Shown here: one piece after another, positions 1 through 9,379 of the stretch | How the letters are laid out: each line of letters begins with the position of its first letter | Numbering within the stretch: the stretch's first letter is position 1 | Source: an uncultured Candidatus Saccharibacteria bacterium | GTDB lineage: Bacteria > Patescibacteriota > Doudnabacteria > UBA920 | Length of the DNA: 64,000 nucleotides | NCBI GenBank assembly: GCA_964532425.1 | Contig: CAZHIA010000007.1 | Span: forward strand, 64,008-128,007 | Direction: 5' to 3' | Notes under the pieces: model-generated | What the model was told of the DNA's origin: nothing | Database searches by the model: none | Seen by the model: the letters and a program-made list of their open reading frames with translations, nothing else | Translations under genes and position numbers: made by a program

Positions 1-2
1 GT

Positions 3-1115
3 TTTCTCTATAAGAATTTTTACGGCCATAATGTTTCCGCATCCGCGGCGTTGCTCGAAACAGCGGCTGGGGGCCGCCAGGCTGCAGTGCGGCCATCCAT
101 GCTGCCGTCCGTGCTTCGGGCATACAGCCAGCGCAAAGTTTATGAACAGTCGCCTTTGTCCAAGTGGTCATATGCGGGGTTGGTTGCCAAACAAGGATCC
201 AAAAAGGATACGGTAGATGAAGACTTTGAGTTTGGTTTCGAGGTTCTCGGGACGTTCAACCACCTGACAGAAGCGCAAGTGGTTGGCGCGGTCTGGGACC
301 TGATGGGGATGTTGGGAGTTAAGGATATTATTTTAGAGATCAACAATATCGGCAAGCCTGAGTGTCAAGCGGCGTATCAGGAAACCCTGACAGACTTTTT
401 GGCGAGCCGTAAGTATGATCTGTGCGATAGCTGCGTCGACAGCCTTTCGAGCCGGCCACTGAATGTTTTCCGCTGCTCGAATCTGGATTGCCAGGCTATT
501 GTCAGCGAAGCGCCGACGATTCTCGATTTTCTCGACCAGGAATCCCACAAGCACTTCACCAACATTTTGGAAGCTCTCGACGAGCTTGGAATTCCATACC
601 AACTAAATCCGTTTTTGGCCGGACCCGAAGGCCACAGCCAGACGAATTTTATCATCAAGTATAAGCAGAAGGACGCGACGGTGGTGGTGGGCGAGGGGGG
701 ATACCATGAAGGCCTCATGCAGTCCATATGCGGCAAGAATTTTTGCTGCTTCGGTTTTACCGGATCTTTGACTGCTATTCGGAAAATTCTGGAATTGACC
801 AAGACCACTGCAGACCGCGAGATTAAGAACGACGTATTTTTAGTGCCACTCGGGGAGCTGGCTGCCAAGAAGAGCCTGCGTCTGTTCCGTGACCTTACGG
901 GCGAACGGATTTCCGTGTATGACCATTTCGGAAATGTCGGGGTAAAGAACCAGCTCAAGCAGGCGGAAGTGTACAAAGCCCCTATAGCGCTGATTATGGG
1001 TCAGAAAGAAGCGGTTGATGAGATGGTGATACTTCGTGACGTCAAATCAGGAATGCAAGAAGTCATTTCATATGATAAAATAGTAGAAGAAGTAAAGAAG
1101 CGGCTTGGCCGCTGA
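3..1115 (+). CDS. Histidyl-tRNA synthetase-like paralog with degenerate catalytic motifs (5'-truncated by window)
   Basis: Frame open from base 3. HisRS-like segments (CDSC..RPLNVFRC, HFTNILEALDELGIPY) and C-terminal anticodon-binding domain (NQLKQAEVYKAPIALIMG). Motif 2/3 Arg and RGLDYY not recognisable. Confidence 0.75.
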   Translation, partial: FLYKNFYGHNVSASAALLETAAGGRQAAVRPSMLPSVLRAYSQRKVYEQSPLSKWSYAGLVAKQGSKKDTVDEDFEFGFEVLGTFNHLTEAQVVGAVWDLMGMLGVKDIILEINNIGKPECQAAYQETLTDFLASRKYDLCDSCVDSLSSRPLNVFRCSNLDCQAIVSEAPTILDFLDQESHKHFTNILEALDELGIPYQLNPFLAGPEGHSQTNFIIKYKQKDATVVVGEGGYHEGLMQSICGKNFCCFGFTGSLTAIRKILELTKTTADREIKNDVFLVPLGELAAKKSLRLFRDLTGERISVYDHFGNVGVKNQLKQAEVYKAPIALIMGQKEAVDEMVILRDVKSGMQEVISYDKIVEEVKKRLGR

Positions 1116-1116
1116 T

Positions 1117-1197
1117 CTGACATTTGACATGTAACATGTGACATTTGACTTTGACCTCTGCGGGTCAAATGTCAATTGTCAAAGGTCAAAGGTTTCT
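1117..1197. repeat. 7-bp-period inverted tandem-repeat hairpin, family copy 1
   Basis: (tgacatt/tgacttt)n followed by (aatgtca/aaggtca)n. Same element at 30288 and 54811. Confidence 0.85.
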
Positions 1198-1206
1198 GAA
1201 ATTTCT

Positions 1207-1548
1207 ATGCCCGAACAAGATTGCGTATTTTGCAACATCGTAAACCATACCCTGGACTCGGAAGTATTATTCGAGAATGACCGTATTTTCGTCATTCGCG
1301 ACATCTTGCCTAAGGCCCCGGTACACTTGCTGATTATTCCGAAAAAACACATCTTATCCATCAACCACCTTGCTGAGGAAGATTTTCCCCTCGTCGGTGA
1401 GATGATGTCCGTGGCCAAGCAGATGGGGGAGAAGTATGGAGTCTCGGAGACTGGGTACAAATTGATTTTCAACGTCGGCCGGGACGGTGGCATGGTTATT
1501 CCGCACCTCCACTTGCACCTGCTCGGGGGGAAGAATTTGGGGGAGTAA
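1207..1548 (+). CDS. HIT family nucleotide-binding protein
   Basis: DCVFC N-terminus, PKAPVHLLIIPKKH, HLHLHLLGG histidine triad. ATG at 1207 preferred. Confidence 0.93.
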   Translation: MPEQDCVFCNIVNHTLDSEVLFENDRIFVIRDILPKAPVHLLIIPKKHILSINHLAEEDFPLVGEMMSVAKQMGEKYGVSETGYKLIFNVGRDGGMVIPHLHLHLLGGKNLGE

Positions 1549-1759
1549 GGGAATAACAATAACTATAACTATAAGGATAACAATAACCGCGGTGAGAGCT
1601 GCGGTTATTTAGTGGAAAATTGGATAGTAATTCGGCTTAGGTTGTTCGGCAGAGCGGCGCGTATCGGCACGCGTCTTATGGCAAGCGGCTCGCTCCACGC
1701 TTCGTTTTCCAAATTCCGATACGCACCGCTCTGCCGATAAACGATTTCCGATGGTCCAT

Positions 1760-1788
1760 TTGACCTATTTCATGCAATATAGTATAGT
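1760..1788 (+). promoter_or_regulatory. sigma70-type promoter of rpsU
   Basis: TTGACC-17 bp-TATAGT. Confidence 0.65.
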
Positions 1789-1868
1789 TATGTAAGAAAT
1801 CCTAAATCTTATATTAACTTTTAGAGCTGGAGATTAGGATTACATATTACAGAAAGAGGTGATACGTA

Positions 1869-2105
1869 ATGGTAGAGGTCAAGAAGAAAGAGAACGAATC
1901 TTTTGAAAGCCTGCTCCGCCGCTTTAATCGCAAGATCCAGCAAAGCGGTGTTTTGGTGCGCGCCCGCAAGATCCGTTTTTTTGAATCCCCGAAAAGCCGC
2001 AACCTGCAAAAGGTTGCCGCCCGCCGCAGAAGCCAGATTAAGGCCCAGAAGGAAGAGCTGAAGCGCATGGGCAAGCCGGCGCCGAGAAAATTCGGACGAA
2101 GATAG
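1869..2105 (+). CDS. rpsU: 30S ribosomal protein S21
   Basis: VKKKENESFESLLRRFNRKIQQSG..RFFESPKS; basic 78-aa protein. Confidence 0.93.
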   Translation: MVEVKKKENESFESLLRRFNRKIQQSGVLVRARKIRFFESPKSRNLQKVAARRRSQIKAQKEELKRMGKPAPRKFGRR

Positions 2106-2123
2106 AATCATTTATAGCTAGTT

Positions 2124-2206
2124 CACGGATACGCGGATAGCACGGAAAACGCTGATACATTGTGCGGTTAATTCCGCGAAATTAGCGACATCCGCGTATC
2201 AGCGAG
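2124..2206. repeat. Inverted tandem-repeat hairpin (acgcgga/tccgcgt type)
   Basis: cacggatacgcggatagcacggaaaacgctga ... tccgcgaaattagcgacatccgcgtatcagcg. Confidence 0.7.
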
Positions 2207-2222
2207 ATAACTATATTATTTC

Positions 2223-2663
2223 ATGGTTACACTCCAACAAATCGAAGAAGAAATTAAAACCGCCCTCAAGGCCCGGGACCGGGTTGCTGCAGATACGCTG
2301 CGCGGCCTTAAAGTGCGCATCCAAAACGAGAAGATAGCCAAAATGCGGGACTTGTCCGACGACGAGCTAACGGCTTTGGTGAAATCCGAGATAAAACGCC
2401 GCAAGGAAGCGGCCGAGGCTTTTGTCAGTGGTAATAGGCAGGATATGGCGGACAAGGAATTGGCGGAATCGGCAATTTTGGAAAAATTCCTGCCCGAGCA
2501 GATGACTGAGGAACAGTTGAAGGCAATCATCGACCAAGCCGTTACTGAACAGGGTTACGCGTCCCAAGATTTCGGCAAAGCCATGGGATACTTGAAAGCC
2601 AAGGTGGGCCAGGCAGCCGATGGGGCTATGCTCGCCAAATTGTTGAAAGAAAAACTAAAGTAG
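2223..2663 (+). CDS. GatB/YqeY domain protein
   Basis: EIKRRKEAAEAF..R.DMADKELAE..ILEKFLPEQ, DFGKAMG; usual position after rpsU. Confidence 0.92.
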   Translation: MVTLQQIEEEIKTALKARDRVAADTLRGLKVRIQNEKIAKMRDLSDDELTALVKSEIKRRKEAAEAFVSGNRQDMADKELAESAILEKFLPEQMTEEQLKAIIDQAVTEQGYASQDFGKAMGYLKAKVGQAADGAMLAKLLKEKLK

Positions 2664-2726
2664 CTTATAGCTTTTAGCTGTCAGCTGATAGTTTTGTTTT
2701 GCTATAAGCTGGTAGCTATAGGCTAA
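2661..2726. repeat. Inverted tandem-repeat hairpin (tagct type)
   Basis: tagcttatagcttttagctgtcagct ... gctataagctggtagctataggcta. Confidence 0.7.
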
Positions 2727-2735
2727 AACCAATAC

Positions 2736-3986
2736 ATGCCCAAGGAACACTACATTACAGGACTCGATATCGGCACCCAGAACATCCGGGTCATTCAGGC
2801 CAAAGTCGCCCACGATACCGGCAATTTAAGCGTCATCGGCGCCAGTGAAGTGCCAGCAAGCGGTATCCGCAAGGGTGTTATTGTTGATATAGAAGAAGCT
2901 GTCTCATCCATTTCCCAGGCTTTGGAGCGCGTTGAGCGCATGACCGGCGTGCCAGTGGAGCGTGCGAACGTTGCCGTGGGTGGTAGCCATATTACCTCTG
3001 TCCCGAGCCATGGAGTTATAGCGGTTTCGCGCGCAGACGGAGAGATTACGGAAAATGACGTTGTCCGCGTGGTTGATGCCTCTCAAGCCATTTCCATTCC
3101 CAATAACCGGGAGGTGCTGCATGTCTTTCCGAAAACATTCATTTTGGACGGCCAGACTGGCATAAAAGATCCGCTGGGCATGACCGGCATCCGCCTGGAA
3201 GTAAACACAATCATTGTCCAAGCTGGGTTGCCGTTCGTGCGCAATTTGACCAAGGCCATAATGCAGGCGGGTTTGGAGATTGATGATCTAGTTTTAGCTC
3301 CCTGTGCGGCTTCGGAGAGCGTTTTAACCAAGCGTCAGAAAGATCTTGGCGTGGCGCTGGTGGATTTGGGTGCTGGCACGACGAGCGTGGCTGTCTACGA
3401 AGAAGGGGATTTGCTCCATACGACAGTCCTGCCGGTCGGCAGCATGCATATTACCAACGATATTGCTATTGGCCTCCGCTGCTCCATTGAGACTGCTGAA
3501 CGTGTGAAGTTGCTCTATGGACACTGTGATCCGCACCTTATCGACAAAATGGAAGAGATTGATTTGAGCAAGATAGATCCGACCGAAGAAGAGCGTGCCA
3601 TGCGCAGCTATGTGGTTGAGATTATCGAAGCCCGTCTTGAGGAGATTTTTGAACATGTTACAGCCGAGCTGAAGAAAATAGGTCGCGATGGCAAATTGCC
3701 GTCCGGCATCGTCCTGACCGGCGGAGGAAGCAAGCTGCCAGGAATTTTGGAATTTACGAAACGGAATTTGCGGCTGCCGGTTTCTTTAGGGAGGCCGCAG
3801 AATATTACGACCATCATTGACCGAGTGGATGATCCGGCGTTTGCTACGGTAACCGGCCTGGTACTGTGGGGTGGCAAGTACGCCTCGTCCGTGGGGGGAG
3901 CGCAGTTCTCCGGTATGGTCAACAAACTCATCCAAAGTCCGAACATGGAAAAAATCCGCAAGTGGTTTAAATCGTTCATGCCTTAA
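2736..3986 (+). CDS. ftsA: Cell division protein FtsA
   Basis: GLDIGT, GIRKGVIVDIE, VDLGAGTT, GIVLTGGGSKL, C-terminal amphipathic KIRKWFKSF. Confidence 0.97.
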   Translation: MPKEHYITGLDIGTQNIRVIQAKVAHDTGNLSVIGASEVPASGIRKGVIVDIEEAVSSISQALERVERMTGVPVERANVAVGGSHITSVPSHGVIAVSRADGEITENDVVRVVDASQAISIPNNREVLHVFPKTFILDGQTGIKDPLGMTGIRLEVNTIIVQAGLPFVRNLTKAIMQAGLEIDDLVLAPCAASESVLTKRQKDLGVALVDLGAGTTSVAVYEEGDLLHTTVLPVGSMHITNDIAIGLRCSIETAERVKLLYGHCDPHLIDKMEEIDLSKIDPTEEERAMRSYVVEIIEARLEEIFEHVTAELKKIGRDGKLPSGIVLTGGGSKLPGILEFTKRNLRLPVSLGRPQNITTIIDRVDDPAFATVTGLVLWGGKYASSVGGAQFSGMVNKLIQSPNMEKIRKWFKSFMP

Positions 3987-4011
3987 AAATCCCGCAAGGG
4001 ATTTTTTATTT
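3985..4011 (+). terminator. Intrinsic terminator after ftsA
   Basis: aaaaatccc-gcaa-gggattttttattt. Confidence 0.8.
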
Positions 4012-4163
4012 TGTAGTGCAGGCCCGTGGCCTGCTCTGTCGGTGTGGTTCCTACACCGCAGGGTAAGTGGTAAACCCTCGACGGTTAATTGTCGATTGTG
4101 GTCCTTTTGTGCTATAATTATGCTAAGTTTTGGTTTTGATCTGAAATAAAAACTGTCTTATTT

Positions 4164-7100
4164 ATGGGCAATGGTCACAATGGGGGTGAAAGGCCATACA
4201 TCAATGGCAATGGCTTTGATTCCTTAAAGGATTTTAAAATTACTCCTTCGGACCCTCAAGAACCCAAAGTAGAGGGTGTTTTACCGTCGGCGGAACAGCA
4301 AGTGTCAGAGGATAGAGTTGAAGCAGGTGCAGAAAACTGGATGTCGTTGATTTCCGATCAGGAACTTGAAAAGGCAGCAGGCCTGATTCACGATTTTGAC
4401 CTTAAAAATAGAAAAGCGCTCAGAGGATATGTTTATAGTCCTGAAGAATTTTGGAACGATTTTGAAGATTCGATATCCGATGAGTTTTTCAGAAATCCTG
4501 CATTCAAGAAAGCCCGGCGCGGCCTAGCTCCGCTGGCGTTACTTGATTTAGTGCGAGAAATAGTGGACGTAAACAAAAATCGGCTAACTGCCGAGTATCA
4601 ATCGACTCCTCCCATTCCGGGGTTTGTCGTTCCGGACTTGGCGGCGGCACAGGCACCGACTGCAGAACCAGCAGCGGGAGAACATGTTGAGCCTGTTCCG
4701 GGCGTGCATGTGGAAGCAGCAAGGCCTGAAGTAAAAGCTAGCGTGGAGCAGCAGAAGGCCTTCCGGGTTTTTATTAAAATATTGCAAGAAAAGCAAGCCA
4801 AGCAGGGAATTCGTACAATCGACGATAAGATCAGAAATTTTGAGGAAGCACTTCAGGAAGGATCGGTGAAAGCGGGAATGGCTGAGGATGCACTCCTGGC
4901 TATGCTCTACGAATTGTCCAGCCGCCAGCGCGAGTATGAGGAAGTGGTAGGAGCGATTGGCAATATGGATGCACCTGCGCGAAGACGACAGTTGGTCGGC
5001 CAGCTTATTACCTTGCTGGACCAGCAGTATGGCGCGGAAGCGGGTGAACAGGAAGCGGCTGAGTCCGGGCATGAGGCAGAAATCTTGCAGCAGGGAGAAA
5101 GCTACATCGTCGTACCCGGAGATCGCGGAGGCAGGAGGATGGTCGCTGATTTCCCGTCCGCGGAAGGCAGTGCGCGTTTTTCCGTTCCCGTTCCTGAATC
5201 GATGAACCTTGATACGCCTGATCAGGCGAATGATTTTTACAATTTTGTATATGAATTCCTTCTTGCCAATGTCCCTCCGGGCGGCCGGGGGGAAATTAGC
5301 CGTTTGAGCCGCGATGAGTACCGCAAGCTGGTGCACGCCTGGAATGTCCGCAAGCAGCCGCAAGCGAGACCAGTCCCGGCAAAACCGGCAGTAGTGCGGC
5401 TCATGCCTACTGCCCCAAAGCCCCCGCAAGCTGCAGAAGCGACGAGAGATCGGTTTGGTACGGCTAACGAAATTTATATGGAGATCAAGCCGAGGGTTGT
5501 GAAAATTCCTCAGGGGACGATCGGCGTATTTGTTGACAAAGGGGTTGAACGCGACTACCAGGAAGATCGTGCCGTCATCAACTCAGAAAAACTGGCCTTT
5601 GCTTCAGTTGATGGTATGGGCGGGATGGGAGAAAAGGGGTCTGGAGCATGGGCGGCACAGATGGCGGCTGAATGGTTCCATCGCGGTTTTGAGCAAGGCT
5701 TGTCATTCGAAGAGATTCAAGACCGGATCCACACTGCCCTGAAGGACTACGAAAAAGATAAGGACAAGAAAGGGGCCGGGATCTGTTATATTGCTGCCCG
5801 CATCGAGGGAAAAATGTTGAAGGGTGCCCAGGCGGGAGATGTCCGGCTGTTCGTTATTCGGAATGGTGTGATTGCATTTACTACCAAAGATCAGAATAAT
5901 GCAAACATTGGCCGTCCGAATGAAGTGACGAATGCAGTCAGTGGCGAGGATCGCGGCGAAACGATTGCATTCGAGTTTCCGCTTGAGCCTGGCGACCGGG
6001 TCGTTATGGCTTCCGACGGTCTTACCGGCAATCTAAGCAACGAACAGGTGGCAGCTTTGGTTCAGTACAAGAACACCGAGGAAGCCTTAGATGTTTTGCG
6101 GACCGAATCTGCACGCTTGATGGGTCAAAAAGACGGCAAGAAGGACAATATCAATGTCGTCATTTTTGATTACAACCCCGTTCAGCCGCCAGCTCCGGAA
6201 CCTGCTCCTGCAGCCGGACCGAAAAAGTTGGTGCCTGGCAAGATCAATAAACCTGCACCGACTTCTGCCCCTGTTGTGGCAGCCGTGGAAGCAGTCCCCA
6301 AAGCGGCTCCGGCAGAAACCGAACAACAGGCGAGCGAGAGGCTTTCGCGTGCAGCTGAACAATGCATTGCCGTTTTGCAGCAGGTGGGCAGGGAGCTACA
6401 AAGTGGCTTACCTTTCATGGAAGGTAGTGACCGGGTTGATCGTGCATTGGAAGAATGGGTGGCAGCTCGGGGTGATTTTCATAAGCATACACAAGCTGTC
6501 CGTAATTTGATTAGAGAACAGTCAAAAAATATCGAAGAAGCCTGGAAGGTTGTGGAAGAAACTATTAAGAAGAAAGAGCGGGAAGAGAAGCGGGTAGCTT
6601 CTGAGGCTGTGCCGGTTGAGCCTGCTGTTACTGGCGGCGAAGCTCCGGCTGATGGCGAGCCAAAAAAGAATGGCGACAAACTACCGCGCAATATCCGGGA
6701 TCTGATCCGTGACAACCAGCTTTCGCCCGATGAATTGACCTCGTTCTGCGAAAAGAGGTCGCTTGATCCTATTGCAACCTTCAAAAAAGCCCTAGACTAC
6801 GCCGGGTGCCCGGATGATCTGATTCAAGAGGCATCTTCAATGGACAAGTCTGAGGAAGCGCTTGCCCACTTATTTGCTCGGGTTATGGGCCTGCGCCGCG
6901 CCTCGTTCAGATCACACATGGGTCGTGGCGGCGAGGATGTTACGGACGTCGATGCTAAGACCCAAAATAATTTATATAACAATCTAGCTTCCCAATACCG
7001 AAGAGTGTGGCAGGAATATAAGGAGCGAGTACTGCCAGTTCATAGTCCGGAGCCTCCACCTCTTCATGAAGCCGTGCCGCCCGAACCTCCTAAACCACCG

Positions 7101-7460
7101 GAAAAAAGGAAGGAGCACGTGGAAAACTCCGGAGTCCTGCCGAACCGGGCGCAGTACGAAATATTTCCGGCAAGATCGCGTTTGGAGATTAATCTGCCGG
7201 CAAATGCTAGCCTGACGGAAACAATAGTGCAGCTGCTTCGGGAACATCCGGAATTAATCTCAGTATTCGGAGGCACGGGCGATCCCGCAGAGGCGGCACA
7301 GAAATGGTTTGCCGAGTACGCTGCCAGTTACGGCAGGCGGGGAGAGAAGGCGACGCAGTTTGATCGGAGTATCAGCGGCCTCGAAGTCAGTCTGGTCGGC
7401 GGCAAAGCCAGGGTCAACAGACTTTATAGCGCAAAAATTAGGAAACCAACAATTAGTTAA
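4164..7460 (+). CDS. Large protein with central PP2C-type (PPM) phosphatase domain and Pro/Ala/Glu-rich linkers
   Basis: Motifs QEDR, SVDGMGG, AGDVR, ASDGL and DNI at about aa 465-670; flanking regions unrecognised. Confidence 0.8.
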   Translation: MGNGHNGGERPYINGNGFDSLKDFKITPSDPQEPKVEGVLPSAEQQVSEDRVEAGAENWMSLISDQELEKAAGLIHDFDLKNRKALRGYVYSPEEFWNDFEDSISDEFFRNPAFKKARRGLAPLALLDLVREIVDVNKNRLTAEYQSTPPIPGFVVPDLAAAQAPTAEPAAGEHVEPVPGVHVEAARPEVKASVEQQKAFRVFIKILQEKQAKQGIRTIDDKIRNFEEALQEGSVKAGMAEDALLAMLYELSSRQREYEEVVGAIGNMDAPARRRQLVGQLITLLDQQYGAEAGEQEAAESGHEAEILQQGESYIVVPGDRGGRRMVADFPSAEGSARFSVPVPESMNLDTPDQANDFYNFVYEFLLANVPPGGRGEISRLSRDEYRKLVHAWNVRKQPQARPVPAKPAVVRLMPTAPKPPQAAEATRDRFGTANEIYMEIKPRVVKIPQGTIGVFVDKGVERDYQEDRAVINSEKLAFASVDGMGGMGEKGSGAWAAQMAAEWFHRGFEQGLSFEEIQDRIHTALKDYEKDKDKKGAGICYIAARIEGKMLKGAQAGDVRLFVIRNGVIAFTTKDQNNANIGRPNEVTNAVSGEDRGETIAFEFPLEPGDRVVMASDGLTGNLSNEQVAALVQYKNTEEALDVLRTESARLMGQKDGKKDNINVVIFDYNPVQPPAPEPAPAAGPKKLVPGKINKPAPTSAPVVAAVEAVPKAAPAETEQQASERLSRAAEQCIAVLQQVGRELQSGLPFMEGSDRVDRALEEWVAARGDFHKHTQAVRNLIREQSKNIEEAWKVVEETIKKKEREEKRVASEAVPVEPAVTGGEAPADGEPKKNGDKLPRNIRDLIRDNQLSPDELTSFCEKRSLDPIATFKKALDYAGCPDDLIQEASSMDKSEEALAHLFARVMGLRRASFRSHMGRGGEDVTDVDAKTQNNLYNNLASQYRRVWQEYKERVLPVHSPEPPPLHEAVPPEPPKPPEKRKEHVENSGVLPNRAQYEIFPARSRLEINLPANASLTETIVQLLREHPELISVFGGTGDPAEAAQKWFAEYAASYGRRGEKATQFDRSISGLEVSLVGGKARVNRLYSAKIRKPTIS

Positions 7461-7471
7461 TTTTAAGCACT

Positions 7472-8611
7472 ATGTTTTACTCCATATTGCCAAATGAAGC
7501 CCGGGATGCAACCAGGAGCGCGCCAGTCGAGCGCCAACCGGAAGGTTTTGATCCCGAAAAAGCCCTCGACACTCCAGGGTTCGCTGCTTTTTATACGGAG
7601 GTCTTAAACAAGCGTGGGGAACAACTGGATCCAGAAGAGGTCGACCGGGCTGACATGGAAACATGCTTTAAGGCTTTTCAGGCGAAAAAGACCATTATTG
7701 CCGGCTATGAAAAGATCTATCGCGACGATTTTAAAGAGCGGTTTGGCGTCGTGATGAACAAGAAGGACCTGGAAGCCGTGTCTCGCGTCATCGAAGAAAA
7801 GATCAAGGAAGAACCGGGTGAAGTTCTGCAGATGCAGGCTAATTTGGAGACCATGGTCCAGAACGCCCGGTTCATGGATCAAAAACGGAAGAATCTTGCG
7901 AATTATTACAGTAAAGAGGAACTGCAAAACCGCCGGGTTGAGCGCGAGGAAGCTCTGCGCCGGGAGGAGGAAGGCTTGCGGGAGCGAGAGAAGCGGGGTT
8001 TTTGGGGATGGGAGATTGGCTCAAAAACAAAGCGTGGTTACCGCAAGGATATTAAAAAGATCGAGGGTGAGTTGGTGGCAATAGAGCATGCTTTGGCTGT
8101 CCATGCTAACTATGAGATAAGCAAGCGGGAACTGGAAGATGCACGAATGGAAGTGTTCGAGATGGCGGAAATGGCCGATGAAGTGCATGAGAAAGCTAAA
8201 GAGGTGCTGCTGAAGGAATTTGCCGATCTGAATAAACCGGTAGACCGGTTACATGGGTTGCTCGATAAGCTCGACAAAATAGAAAAAGATGCAGACAGTA
8301 CAAACCGTCCGTTGCTCGAATTAGATGAGATCGAGAATGTCCGCACCGAGCTTCAGGATACAATTGAGGATAAAGTCACCGAGGAGCTGCGGAAGGCTAT
8401 AAAAAGCATTCCCGACACTTCATCCTTAACGCTGAAGCGGGTTAACATGGCCCTTGCCAGTTTTATGAAGCGCCAGGAACGAGTGGGTATGAAGAAAGGG
8501 GAGGAAGCCAAGGAATGGGTCAAGCAAATGCTCAGTGAAGTGGCTCAAGAGCCGGGGGTTTCCGACTCGAAGAAATTCTTATTGGCTTATGTGCGTTCAA
8601 AAATAAGCTAA
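7472..8611 (+). CDS. Hypothetical coiled-coil protein
   Basis: 379-aa E/K-rich helical ORF starting 11 bp after the previous gene. Confidence 0.75.
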   Translation: MFYSILPNEARDATRSAPVERQPEGFDPEKALDTPGFAAFYTEVLNKRGEQLDPEEVDRADMETCFKAFQAKKTIIAGYEKIYRDDFKERFGVVMNKKDLEAVSRVIEEKIKEEPGEVLQMQANLETMVQNARFMDQKRKNLANYYSKEELQNRRVEREEALRREEEGLREREKRGFWGWEIGSKTKRGYRKDIKKIEGELVAIEHALAVHANYEISKRELEDARMEVFEMAEMADEVHEKAKEVLLKEFADLNKPVDRLHGLLDKLDKIEKDADSTNRPLLELDEIENVRTELQDTIEDKVTEELRKAIKSIPDTSSLTLKRVNMALASFMKRQERVGMKKGEEAKEWVKQMLSEVAQEPGVSDSKKFLLAYVRSKIS

Positions 8612-8616
8612 CGACC

Positions 8617-8895
8617 ATGGACACAAACAAATTTTACGAATTGCTCAAAGCCGGCAAACTCAACGAGGCCAAGGCTTTGCTGGAAGAATACTTCAAGCAG
8701 AAGCCGTCCGAGGAAGAAAAGGCTGCTGTCATGGTGGCCGTGACCGACGCATATGTGCGGGCGAAGAATGAGATCGACCAGGCATATATTCAGGAACTTG
8801 ATGAGGCCGAGCGGCTGCTTAAAGAGATTAAAGCCGACGAGCAAAAGCTTGAAGACCAGCAAAAGCTCGACGAAGCCAGGAAGAACATCGGTTAA
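8617..8895 (+). CDS. Hypothetical helical protein
   Basis: 92-aa ORF 5 bp downstream, followed by a terminator. Confidence 0.75.
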   Translation: MDTNKFYELLKAGKLNEAKALLEEYFKQKPSEEEKAAVMVAVTDAYVRAKNEIDQAYIQELDEAERLLKEIKADEQKLEDQQKLDEARKNIG

Positions 8896-8910
8896 AAATA
8901 GGATCGTTTA

Positions 8911-8944
8911 AAAAATACCTTCGTGAATACGAAGGTATTTTTTT
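8911..8944 (+). terminator. Intrinsic terminator
   Basis: aaaaataccttcgt-gaat-acgaaggtattttt. Confidence 0.8.
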
Positions 8945-9379
8945 GTATTTTATAGTAGCGAAGCTCTTAAATATCAGTTAGTACATAGGTATCAGGTAAA
9001 TCTTTTTATACCCCCTCCCCCTCACTATGTTCGGGTACTCCCCCTAATAGGGGGAGAGTGGTCGCAAAAATTCGGTGTTCCTTCCCTTCTAGGGAAGGTG
9101 TCATCCTCCCTGGCGGATGACGGAAGGGTATCTGAAGTGTGTACTGCGGGTTGGTTCCTCCCAATGTATCATGGCCTTCCCAGACCCGGCCATTATGCTA
9201 TAATGAAACCGCACCTCTTGCCCAAAACGCTGCTTTTCAGTAGTATATAGGAAGAGAACTTCTTTTATCTAAAATATAATTTACCCTCCCAGCCATCCGC
9301 CCCGTGCGGACCCGTCTCGCCTTGCGAGCCGAGGCGGATAGACAGGGGAAACACCAGAGAATGGGTGTAGAGGGCGGAC

